From positions 1 to 54,605 of the forward strand of contig JBAXRQ010000003.1 of NCBI GenBank assembly GCA_037131105.1: DNA of 54,605 bases, written 5' to 3'. Positions 46,721-54,605 of the stretch are shown here, piece after piece (within the stretch, counting starts at the first letter, position 1; every line of letters begins with the position of its first letter). Made by a program: the position numbers and the translations under genes. The notes under the pieces were generated by a model. The model searched no databases. It saw only the letters and a list, made by a program, of their open reading frames with translations, and had not been told where the DNA came from. Source of the DNA: a bacterium. GTDB lineage: Bacteria > Patescibacteriota > UBA1384 > CAILIB01.

Positions 46721-47104
46721 TTATGCGCGGCCAACGCCACGGGGATCTTCGACAACGGCATCTACCGTGTCATCATTAATGATTCTCCACTCGGTACCGT
46801 GGATCTTCAATCGTGTACCGGCATATGCCCGTACAACGATAAAATCTCCCACCTTGCACCAAGGGCCATTGGGGAACCGAGTCTTATCTGTATAAGCATC
46901 CGGACCCATCTTTGCTACAAACAGGACTACAGTCATCTGCTCTTCAACTCGCATAGATTCATCAGACTTGAGGATTTTGCTATCGCCAAAAGTATCCTCA
47001 ATCTTCGGAACCATACACAGCATCCTGAACCCAGTAGGTTCTGGTAGCTGCTTTGCTTTCCTAGTGGCTTCATCCTGCGTCTGATCGACGTTAATATCAC
47101 TCAT
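46721..47104 (-). CDS. groES: GroES-like co-chaperonin
   Basis: PTGFRML, KMGPDAY...WCKVGDFI...YAGT...RIINDDTV (Cpn10 pattern). Confidence 0.85.
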   Translation of the reverse strand: MSDINVDQTQDEATRKAKQLPEPTGFRMLCMVPKIEDTFGDSKILKSDESMRVEEQMTVVLFVAKMGPDAYTDKTRFPNGPWCKVGDFIVVRAYAGTRLKIHGTEWRIINDDTVDAVVEDPRGVGRA

Positions 47105-47291
47105 CTTCTTCCTCTACTTTGGTTGCAAGGTCGATAATAATCATCTTTGCGAAGTCGATACCTTGGATAACCCCGCAAAGTCTGTGGTACTCCGCTTCAG
47201 TAGCCCGCCCAGTAATGACGCTTTCTGCGCTACTAGCTCTCTGTTCATCTAGTCGGGCAAGTAAATATTCAGCGGCGGTAGTGGCTTTCAC
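47097..47291 (-). CDS. Small conserved head-module protein
   Basis: 64 aa, EYHRLCGVIQGI; coupled on both sides. Confidence 0.6.
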   Translation of the reverse strand: MKATTAAEYLLARLDEQRASSAESVITGRATEAEYHRLCGVIQGIDFAKMIIIDLATKVEEEDE

Positions 47292-50032
47292 TCAGCCTCT
47301 CCAGCCGGGGGCGGCTGCTGCGCAGCCTGTTCCGTTTGCGACTCACGGGCCTTAGCCTGTTCATCGAGGTTCGTATGGTGCTTATGCAAGTCAACCTGAT
47401 GTTTCGTATGTTGCTGCGAAATATCAACGCCTGTCTTGATCGAAGCGAGCTTGTGCTGTTGCTCGGCTAGATTATGTGTATCGGCCTTACTAGCGATGTC
47501 GATAGCCTGATCGTGCTGGGTATTCTGCATATCAGCCATAGTCTTGATAATCTCATGCCTATGCTGATCCTTCTGGTGATTCTGCTGATCAGCCTTAGAT
47601 GCACTGTCAACAATGAACTGACGCTTGCGATGCTCAATCTCAGCACCCAACTTCACGCTATCAAGCTGAGAAGTTATCTTCAGTTCTTCTTTCTTTAGCT
47701 CAAGTTCTGCTGACCGGAATGCAGCGTTAGCCTGATCCAGTGCATTCTTACGCTGCTGCTCGGCAGAAGATATCTGCCCCTCCAACTGCAGCGAGGCTTG
47801 CTTGATCTGGATCTCCTGCTGCTTAAGCTGAAGCTCCTGCTGCTGCATCTGTACAATCGGATCCTGCATCTTCTGCTGGGCTTGCTGTGCAGCGGCTTCC
47901 TGCTTATCTTTCTGCAAAAGCTGGCTGGCAGCTTGCGCAATGATCGGAGACAGCTTGGCCTCAAGCTCCGGGGGGATATACCCAGAGTCATTATCATAGT
48001 CAGGCGGGGCAGGAAGCTGCAGAGGCATCAGCTTCTGTACTTCAGCACGGTACTGGAACGCGACATGCTCCATGATATGGGCCATCGCGGAGGACTGAAT
48101 TGCTTGGGCCTGTGGGTTCTGCCCCATGATCTGCATCAGCTTGGGATCCTGAATAGCCCCCATATGCACCGTTAGATGTGCCTGATGATCCTGATACATG
48201 AATGCCCTGACCGGCGTACCATTCAAGATCGCCATGTTCTCAGACACGGGATCAACTGGTTTCATGTCGTCCTTATTGGGAATAATCTTCTCGACGTTCT
48301 TGACGCCCAGTGTTTCGATCATTTGCCTGTGAAGAAACGGCAGATTATAGATCTGAGGTGCTGTCTGAGATAGCTGAAGAACTGCCTGATACTGCACCAC
48401 ACGCTGTGCCATTGTGGAGGCATTGGGGTCAGATACAGGCAGGACATCACAATGATCGTAGTCGCTACGCTTCGCGCCAGCGTCCCCAGTCTCAGGTTCA
48501 TAATCATAGGACTCCGGGGCATTATCCCTGATAATCGCGGCGAGGAGCTTAAACTCCTGCTTCATCGTATAGTGAATGCGGGCCTGAATGGCCCCCATTA
48601 CCTTGAGAGTGCGCTCAAGTACCGCGAGTGTCGTACCCACCGGGGCCTGAGATGACATGTCCGAGACGTTTAGATCACCCGCTCCCGCGAATCTACGACC
48701 GTCCTCGACTACCTGATTCATCAAGGCCATCAAGACCTGACTCGGCTCCTTATAAGGGAGGGGCAGGATGTTGTCCCGCATAGTCCCGCTGGGAAGATCT
48801 ACGTCTCGGAATTCGCCCGGTGCGATAGGAGTGTCATCACCCTTGATGCGAAGGCCTTTAGTCTTGAGACCCCCCGGTAGATTGCTGAGCGTACCCGCAT
48901 CGATAAGCTGCCGCATGAGCGACGTTGCTGATCTAGTGTGGCCGCCAATGAGGTGAATGAGACCAAAATAGTAGAATCCGAAACCCGGTATGTAACCGTA
49001 GTGGACAAAGTGTTGGCGGCGCAGTTTGAGCTTGTCTTCTTCAAGCCAATTGCGTCGGATGGCAAGGACTGTTGAGGTACCTTTTTCAATGGTGACAATG
49101 TACGGGAGTTCGATCCCCGTCGCTTCCCCGTGCTTGTCTTCATCTTCGTACCCCTTCAGGTCAAGATTACAATGAATCTCGTAGATCTGATAACGGTCGT
49201 CCATCGTAGCTGAGAAGCCCTGCTGCTCAGCTTTCTTCTTCTCTACTTCATCCAATACGCGAAGTGGATCACCAAGATCTACATCACTATAGAATCCTGC
49301 TGCCTGAAGCTTGCGCAACTCGTTTTTAGTCTTGCGCATCTTGTGCGTGACACGTTCAGCAGACTCGATATTGGTAGCACCGTAAGGTACGACTACATCT
49401 TCTGCCGAGATAAACGGGGCCGTCTGACGATTCAGGCTAGGGTCAAAGTAAATCTTCTTGAAGGCGTTACCCGCCAATGCTACCGAGATCAATAGACGCT
49501 CATGCTCTGGACGATACTCCTGCATGATCTCCGTCAATTCAAAGTTCATATCTGCTTCGACACGCTTGGCAGCGTCTATCTTGTCCTGCGTTTCCTTACC
49601 AATAATGACTGTACGGACTGGTCCCGCAGCGGGGAATGTCTCCATAATAGTCTCAGATTGGAACTTGACTGCAGCTTCCATCAATAGTGGATGGTATACG
49701 CCACAAGCACCGGGCCAAGGCTCGCTACGCTCTTCATACTTCAAACCAAGAAGCTGAAGCCCCTTGACGTAGGTATCCAGCCAATCCTTACGGGAATTCA
49801 TATCCTCCTGTACGTCAGTCATAAGCTCAGACGCCAACGAGGTCAACTCACCATCGTCAATATCGTCCGCGAGGTTCGCGTCAAAGTCAGGAGTCGAAGG
49901 CTCAATATGAACCTTAAAGCCAGAACCCTCGATATCTACCGACTCCGGATCCTCAATATGAACCTCAATAGGCTCTTCGTTGCCAGCACTGATCCCCTGT
50001 GGGGCAGAATAAATACTCTTATCAATGCTCAT
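47288..50032 (-). CDS. Portal protein (P22-like) with long C-terminal helical extension
   Basis: PWPGACGVYHP, FPAAGPV, GNAFKKIY, YIPGFGFYYFGLIHL, DAGTLSNLPGG, PVSDPN. Confidence 0.9.
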   Translation of the reverse strand: MSIDKSIYSAPQGISAGNEEPIEVHIEDPESVDIEGSGFKVHIEPSTPDFDANLADDIDDGELTSLASELMTDVQEDMNSRKDWLDTYVKGLQLLGLKYEERSEPWPGACGVYHPLLMEAAVKFQSETIMETFPAAGPVRTVIIGKETQDKIDAAKRVEADMNFELTEIMQEYRPEHERLLISVALAGNAFKKIYFDPSLNRQTAPFISAEDVVVPYGATNIESAERVTHKMRKTKNELRKLQAAGFYSDVDLGDPLRVLDEVEKKKAEQQGFSATMDDRYQIYEIHCNLDLKGYEDEDKHGEATGIELPYIVTIEKGTSTVLAIRRNWLEEDKLKLRRQHFVHYGYIPGFGFYYFGLIHLIGGHTRSATSLMRQLIDAGTLSNLPGGLKTKGLRIKGDDTPIAPGEFRDVDLPSGTMRDNILPLPYKEPSQVLMALMNQVVEDGRRFAGAGDLNVSDMSSQAPVGTTLAVLERTLKVMGAIQARIHYTMKQEFKLLAAIIRDNAPESYDYEPETGDAGAKRSDYDHCDVLPVSDPNASTMAQRVVQYQAVLQLSQTAPQIYNLPFLHRQMIETLGVKNVEKIIPNKDDMKPVDPVSENMAILNGTPVRAFMYQDHQAHLTVHMGAIQDPKLMQIMGQNPQAQAIQSSAMAHIMEHVAFQYRAEVQKLMPLQLPAPPDYDNDSGYIPPELEAKLSPIIAQAASQLLQKDKQEAAAQQAQQKMQDPIVQMQQQELQLKQQEIQIKQASLQLEGQISSAEQQRKNALDQANAAFRSAELELKKEELKITSQLDSVKLGAEIEHRKRQFIVDSASKADQQNHQKDQHRHEIIKTMADMQNTQHDQAIDIASKADTHNLAEQQHKLASIKTGVDISQQHTKHQVDLHKHHTNLDEQAKARESQTEQAAQQPPPAGEAE

Positions 50033-50292
50033 CAACGTCTCCTAGTCGCCCGGTTTGTGCGGGGATCGTAAGTCATGTTCTGTTCAGGTATGCTGGTCTT
50101 CTTGGAGGCGCGGTCTTTCGCACGTTCTTCGGCGGTCATGTTATCTCGGGCCTTGCCCGTTGCAGTCAGTACGCCTTCAGTAGTCATCTGCCCACGCTTA
50201 ATTAGAATACTTCTGGCCGTATCCTCAGACCCCACCTGCGCAGCGAGGCGATTGAGTAGCTGATTACGACCCATGAACTTCTGGGTAGTCAT
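50032..50292 (-). CDS. Small basic protein upstream of the portal gene
   Basis: 86 aa, LLNRLAAQVG...LIKRG...MTAEERAKDRA. Confidence 0.65.
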   Translation of the reverse strand: MTTQKFMGRNQLLNRLAAQVGSEDTARSILIKRGQMTTEGVLTATGKARDNMTAEERAKDRASKKTSIPEQNMTYDPRTNRATRRR

Positions 50293-50321
50293 TAGTAATA
50301 CCCCGCCTTATTGGCACTCAT
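50292..50321 (-). other. Coupling mini-ORF MSANKAGYY
   Basis: ATG overlaps the upstream TGA; TAA overlaps the downstream ATG; repeated at 51529-51558. Confidence 0.5.
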
Positions 50322-51529
50322 AGAATTTTCCTGTAATACGTCGTACGCTCGATAGCTCCACCATGCTTATATTCCCTATAATCAGGCTCGGGGTCAGGGA
50401 AATCGAGTTCTGTTCCTCTCGGGGGCAAGGGTCTATCCGGACCCTTGTAGATCCCATACTCGTCTGCGAGTCCGAGTTTCTGCCGGGCATTGGCCTTATG
50501 CGCGTTTTCTATCCAAGGCTGATAACTGGATTCTTGTAATCCGCTAGGCGAATGTCTACTCTTGAGCCCGTTCGTCCACACTATTTCACCATCACGCATG
50601 GATGCGCGATTGCCAGTGAACGGATCCACGTACTCGCCACCGGACTTCAGCTTGCTTTCCACGGTTTCCAGATGTGGAAACTGATCAGCAATCCAAGATT
50701 CTCGTGTGGGAAGCCAGCCTTGTTTCAGATACTCCGCGACATGTTCTTCATCACCGTGGACGTTAGCATTGTATTTTTGGTTGATTTCTTTATGCGTAGG
50801 ATACGGCTCGACACGGCTGTGCAAGTCGTCCAATAGCTCGGCATGTGCCTTGTTGTATGCTGCATCCCTGTGGGTGTGCCAAGACTCCGCCGTCATACCG
50901 TCGTACATATCATTCGCTGTTCTATCAGCTACATGATTGGCGTGGACATTTGCCTGCCCTCGCATGGCATGGTAGTCATGGGGTGACACCACGCGAGTCG
51001 TCGCCGTCTCCGCTACTTCAGGAGCCGCATGCTCCGCAGCCTTGCCGAGTCCGCGCAGCAGCAGCGGTGTCGCGACTGCCGTCCCGACCGCCGCCTGTCC
51101 CGCATTCTTCATGAACTGACGGCGACCGGCCTGCATGGGCACGGACTCAATGACTCGCCGCATGGCAGACGCTCCCAGCGAGCGAGCCAGCGAGCGAGCC
51201 AGCCCTCCGATCCCGGCTGCTTCTCCCACGGGCAGGAAAGCCGTGTCGATAATCCCCCGATCACGGCCCGGTGCGAAGTTGAGCGTACCCTGATAGAACG
51301 GCGACGATCCCTGTGCCCATTGATGGATTTCTTCCGGGGATTGACCAACAAGAAGACTACCAACAGGTAACTGGGTATTGGGTACCAGCGCACTTGCTAC
51401 GCTTTCACCGGCATTATCAAGATAGCGGCGCAGCGTCCCCAGACCCTGCGAGGCGGTACGCAGCATGGGGTTCTCTGGAATGGGGCGTATGGCCCCATTG
51501 TCCGTGTAGGCATATTTATCGTACGGCAT
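50318..51529 (-). CDS. Hypothetical cassette protein with internal Tat-like motif and terminal YKHGG
   Basis: 403 aa; GRRQFMK followed by a hydrophobic stretch; His-rich middle; no family recognised. Confidence 0.7.
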   Translation of the reverse strand: MPYDKYAYTDNGAIRPIPENPMLRTASQGLGTLRRYLDNAGESVASALVPNTQLPVGSLLVGQSPEEIHQWAQGSSPFYQGTLNFAPGRDRGIIDTAFLPVGEAAGIGGLARSLARSLGASAMRRVIESVPMQAGRRQFMKNAGQAAVGTAVATPLLLRGLGKAAEHAAPEVAETATTRVVSPHDYHAMRGQANVHANHVADRTANDMYDGMTAESWHTHRDAAYNKAHAELLDDLHSRVEPYPTHKEINQKYNANVHGDEEHVAEYLKQGWLPTRESWIADQFPHLETVESKLKSGGEYVDPFTGNRASMRDGEIVWTNGLKSRHSPSGLQESSYQPWIENAHKANARQKLGLADEYGIYKGPDRPLPPRGTELDFPDPEPDYREYKHGGAIERTTYYRKIL

Positions 51530-51603
51530 CAGTAGTACCCCGCCTTATTGGCACTCATATAAGAACGATCATAGAATTTTCCTATCGCGAGTACATATGG
51601 CAT
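51529..51603 (-). other. 24-aa coupling mini-ORF MPYVLAIGKFYDRSYMSANKAGYY
   Basis: TGATG overlaps at both ends; 75 nt in frame. Confidence 0.5.
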
Positions 51604-52406
51604 CAGATCACCCGCACCCTGCCGCCCTTGCAGTAGTTCTCTGGAAGTGTGATGGCTTTCTTGGCGGATATATCCCCGCCAACGAAGTTCAGGAAGGGGT
51701 ATTGGTTACGCTGCTCAACCATTGTCTTCGGTATCTTGCCAACGCTAGTTTCTACCGTGTTGCCAGTCAGGTAATCCATCGGATGGGCCATATACCCCTG
51801 AGATTCGCCGCTATTGACGGCGGCGTGGGTGTCGACAGCGTACATCGTCAGGTTAGGATATGCCTCGGGAGAATTGAAGATCCTGCTATCCAAAGCGGAC
51901 ATCACCTTCTTCTCCTTGTCCCCCACTGATATCTTCTCACCCCTATCGCCATATAATCCTTCATAGAGCGATTGCAGGTTATTGGAGTACTGGGCGCGTG
52001 AGTTGGAGTGGATCAAGTCCTGTATCCGATTCGCCATTTCATCATTGATCTTGTCGTGGCGGTACTCATGGGCCATCGTCTGCGGACTGGCCCCGTTACC
52101 GATGCCATAGACCGTTTTCTTCGGATCTCCCAGCGCATTGTAGGATGCAGAGTTGATCTGCCCGAGTCCCATCGCCATTCGCTGGGCGAAATCCTCCCGA
52201 TTTTCAGGGCGCACCCTATGGGCGTTGATCCCCAAGAGATTGTAGGAATGCCCCGGATTCAGGAACACCGCCTTATTGGGGTCCACCAGATCACGGTACG
52301 GCGTCCCGATCTTGGCCCTGATCTTGGCTGCTAGCTCGGGATCTTTCGCATTGAGCGGATCCGCGTAGCTATCCAACTGCTTGCGCTGGCGTTCTCCGGT
52401 ATCCAT
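51603..52406 (-). CDS. Hypothetical cassette protein with HExxH zincin motif and terminal YCKGG
   Basis: 267 aa; TMAHEYRH...E at 52056-52070. Confidence 0.7.
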   Translation of the reverse strand: MDTGERQRKQLDSYADPLNAKDPELAAKIRAKIGTPYRDLVDPNKAVFLNPGHSYNLLGINAHRVRPENREDFAQRMAMGLGQINSASYNALGDPKKTVYGIGNGASPQTMAHEYRHDKINDEMANRIQDLIHSNSRAQYSNNLQSLYEGLYGDRGEKISVGDKEKKVMSALDSRIFNSPEAYPNLTMYAVDTHAAVNSGESQGYMAHPMDYLTGNTVETSVGKIPKTMVEQRNQYPFLNFVGGDISAKKAITLPENYCKGGRVRVI

Positions 52407-53938
52407 TAGTAATATCCTTTCCCATGCGCCCGCGACGACTTAAACCATTTAACGGGATCAGGCTCATCAGTAGGTAGACGGACAAAACCACCCTGACGGA
52501 AGCGAAGAAGAGCAAGAGTCGTACTGTCCACCAAGTCATCATTTTTGCCAGATGGAAAGTCATTGCACTCTTCAATTACCTCACGCGCCCACCGCCTGTC
52601 GGGTGCCCATACAATACCTGCATTAAACATATCAGATACTGCGTTGACACGGCTAATCTTGTCTTGCCCTTTGCCGGGGGTGAACTCCCCCACCGGAATG
52701 CCCATACGCCGCATCTCTTGATAAATAGCAGCACCATTCGATTTCTTTTCTACGATAAAGCTATCCGGCTGCCACTCTTTATACTCATCCAGACAGAGCT
52801 TCTTAAGGTCAGGAAACTCTAGCCGTTCTTTGATCGCATTGAGAAGTATAATATTATAGGCTTTGACTTCTTCATTAAAGAAAACGCCCCACGTTGTAAG
52901 CGCATTATAGTCAGCCCGAGTATTAGCTTCTTGCGCAGCGTCAAGACTCATAATAATGAACTCACACTTGGGGGGATTATCTTCCTCCCAAATCTTCCAC
53001 CACTCACGTTTAAGCAGCGCACCTTCCTCAGAGGTAGGCTGCTGCATGTACTGAGCCATCCAGTACCGGGGGTCCATCCCTGCTTTCTTGGCAAGTAATT
53101 CTTCAAGCGGCCAGAAGTCAGGCCATAGCGGCTTGTCGTTCAGGATGGCAGGGAATTCCACAACTTCCCACGGGTCCGCGTCGTCATTCCTCATCATGTG
53201 GTCGATGATCTGCCCACTGAGATCCAGCTTCGACCATCGAGTCATAACGATAATTATGGCCCCTCCCGGCATCAGTCGCTGGATGGGTCCAGACTGGAAC
53301 CATTCCCACGCTGGCTCAAATACGTCGGACCTTCCCTGCTTGGCTTCCTGCTCCGAGTGGGGGTCATCAATAATAAACAGGTCAGCACCGCGACCAGCCA
53401 AAGCACCACCAACACCAATGGCAAAATACTCACCATTAAAATTAGTACCCCAACGCGACGCAGACTTTGAGTCAGCCTGAAGCTCCACTTGGGGGAAAAT
53501 GTCATGGTAAAGGTCACTTCCTACTAGATTTCGGACCCTACGACCGAAATTTACTGCCAAATCGGCAGTGTGAGAGGCCATTATGACCTTTTTGTGCGGA
53601 TATTTGCCCAAAAACCATGCCGGGGCGAGGTAAGAGATCATTTCTGACTTACCATGACGGGGTGCGATGTTCACGATCACCCGTTTCTTCTTGCCCTCGG
53701 CAATTTCCTCGAAAATTCTAGCTAATTTAGCATGGTGTGGACCCACCATGTAGCCGGGGTAGACATGCTTGATGAAAGAAAGGAAGTTATCCTTGGCCTT
53801 TTCCTTAATTAAGGAGTCGGCATACTGTTTAATTAACTCAGCCGTTCGACGTTTCTGCTTATCAGGCATGGACGGAAGCGCCTGTCGGAGCTTCATGATG
53901 TCTGATGCAGACAACTTCTGGGAGAAGACGCTACTCAT
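52406..53938 (-). CDS. terL: Terminase large subunit
   Basis: Walker A APRHGKSE, Walker B LFIIDDPH, MTRW, nuclease D..ADYNA, EKKSNG, NDDLVDS. Confidence 0.96.
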   Translation of the reverse strand: MSSVFSQKLSASDIMKLRQALPSMPDKQKRRTAELIKQYADSLIKEKAKDNFLSFIKHVYPGYMVGPHHAKLARIFEEIAEGKKKRVIVNIAPRHGKSEMISYLAPAWFLGKYPHKKVIMASHTADLAVNFGRRVRNLVGSDLYHDIFPQVELQADSKSASRWGTNFNGEYFAIGVGGALAGRGADLFIIDDPHSEQEAKQGRSDVFEPAWEWFQSGPIQRLMPGGAIIIVMTRWSKLDLSGQIIDHMMRNDDADPWEVVEFPAILNDKPLWPDFWPLEELLAKKAGMDPRYWMAQYMQQPTSEEGALLKREWWKIWEEDNPPKCEFIIMSLDAAQEANTRADYNALTTWGVFFNEEVKAYNIILLNAIKERLEFPDLKKLCLDEYKEWQPDSFIVEKKSNGAAIYQEMRRMGIPVGEFTPGKGQDKISRVNAVSDMFNAGIVWAPDRRWAREVIEECNDFPSGKNDDLVDSTTLALLRFRQGGFVRLPTDEPDPVKWFKSSRAHGKGYY

Positions 53939-54527
53939 TAGCTTCGCAAGTCTCTATTCCCTCATTATCTGGAATATGATTGACGACATAATTAGCATCT
54001 TCAGGCTCTATAACTGTGTACTCGATATTATTGAGTACAGATAATAGTTCGCGTTCCACTTCCTCGATGGGCTGGATCTTAACCACCATCTCGGAACGCT
54101 TCTTGAAGGCATCTACACCATCGACCTCGCCTAATTTAGCTATGGCTGTGAGCCGAGATTTACTATCTTTGGCATGTTCAACCTCGTAGATGAGTTTGTT
54201 TACAACATACATCTTCAACTCAGACAATTCGTCTACGAGTTGGACATTAGTCTGGGCCACCATCCCAGCCAGATAAGCCATGACCTCATTCGGGTACTTG
54301 GCATACTGCGGACGAACCTGTGGGTTCGACATCATTTCACGGGCTAATACTTCAGCTTCAGCAATGTTCTCATTGCTGGGAATTAGCGCAATTCCCGTGA
54401 TATCAGACAACATTTTAATTGTCCGTGCCCTCATGTCCAATTCTTCTTTTGGAGAGAGGTCAGGCAGGGCGTCGCCCGCGCTAATAGGCAGCGGGATATC
54501 TTCCTCAATGTCAGGAATCAAGTGCAT
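53931..54527 (-). CDS. Putative terminase small subunit
   Basis: Helical ~198-aa ORF overlapping the terL start; first gene of the late region. Confidence 0.55.
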   Translation of the reverse strand: MHLIPDIEEDIPLPISAGDALPDLSPKEELDMRARTIKMLSDITGIALIPSNENIAEAEVLAREMMSNPQVRPQYAKYPNEVMAYLAGMVAQTNVQLVDELSELKMYVVNKLIYEVEHAKDSKSRLTAIAKLGEVDGVDAFKKRSEMVVKIQPIEEVERELLSVLNNIEYTVIEPEDANYVVNHIPDNEGIETCEANE

Positions 54528-54550
54528 GGGGATCCCCAAGTAATACGTAG

Positions 54551-54579
54551 TGTATATAAGAAATCGGTGGTTCCATCAA
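54551..54579 (-). promoter_or_regulatory. Possible sigma70-type promoter for the terminase operon
   Basis: TTGATG, 17-nt spacer, TATACA; imperfect consensus in an AT-rich intergenic stretch. Confidence 0.3.
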
Positions 54580-54605
54580 GGGGGGTGTTTTTATAAATAG
54601 GGGGG

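Noticed and set aside
51176-51203. 12-bp tandem repeat (LARSLARSL)
   Set aside because: Only about 2.3 copies in frame; ordinary slippage with no further structure.
1-54605. Complete circular genome, terminal repeats or prophage att sites
   Set aside because: The window ends share no evident overlap, and no integrase, host genes or early-gene region is visible.

Overview
The window is almost entirely one tailed dsDNA phage genome segment with podovirus-like architecture. No host genes, integrase, tRNA, rRNA or CRISPR array were recognised. The plus strand (42-9069) is a replication module: family A DNA polymerase (Leu at the E. coli 762 position), Cas4-like exonuclease, HNH-type protein, SNF2 helicase, putative SSB, HTH protein and primase-helicase. 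The minus strand (54527 down to 9066) is one long late region: terminase, two variable cassettes, portal, GroES-like co-chaperonin, scaffold, capsid and decoration proteins, head spike and fibres, small basic proteins, adaptors, a 1427-aa Ser/Thr/Gly repeat fibre with glycosyltransferase and methyltransferase, a sulfotransferase, lysis genes, nozzle, GNAT and ejection proteins including a 2169-aa polyvalent protein. The window ends do not overlap and no early region is visible, so this is probably not the whole genome. The most interesting signals are: (1) a recurring [MFY]-x-x-G-G motif shared by internal, basic and cassette proteins; (2) a cassette array after terL whose junctions repeat a terminase-like GYY-stop-ATG element as coupling mini-ORFs; (3) a pseudoknot- or switch-like RNA between the capsid terminator and the next RBS; (4) a possible virion glycan-decoration module. 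All family assignments come from motif recognition by eye; no database search was run.
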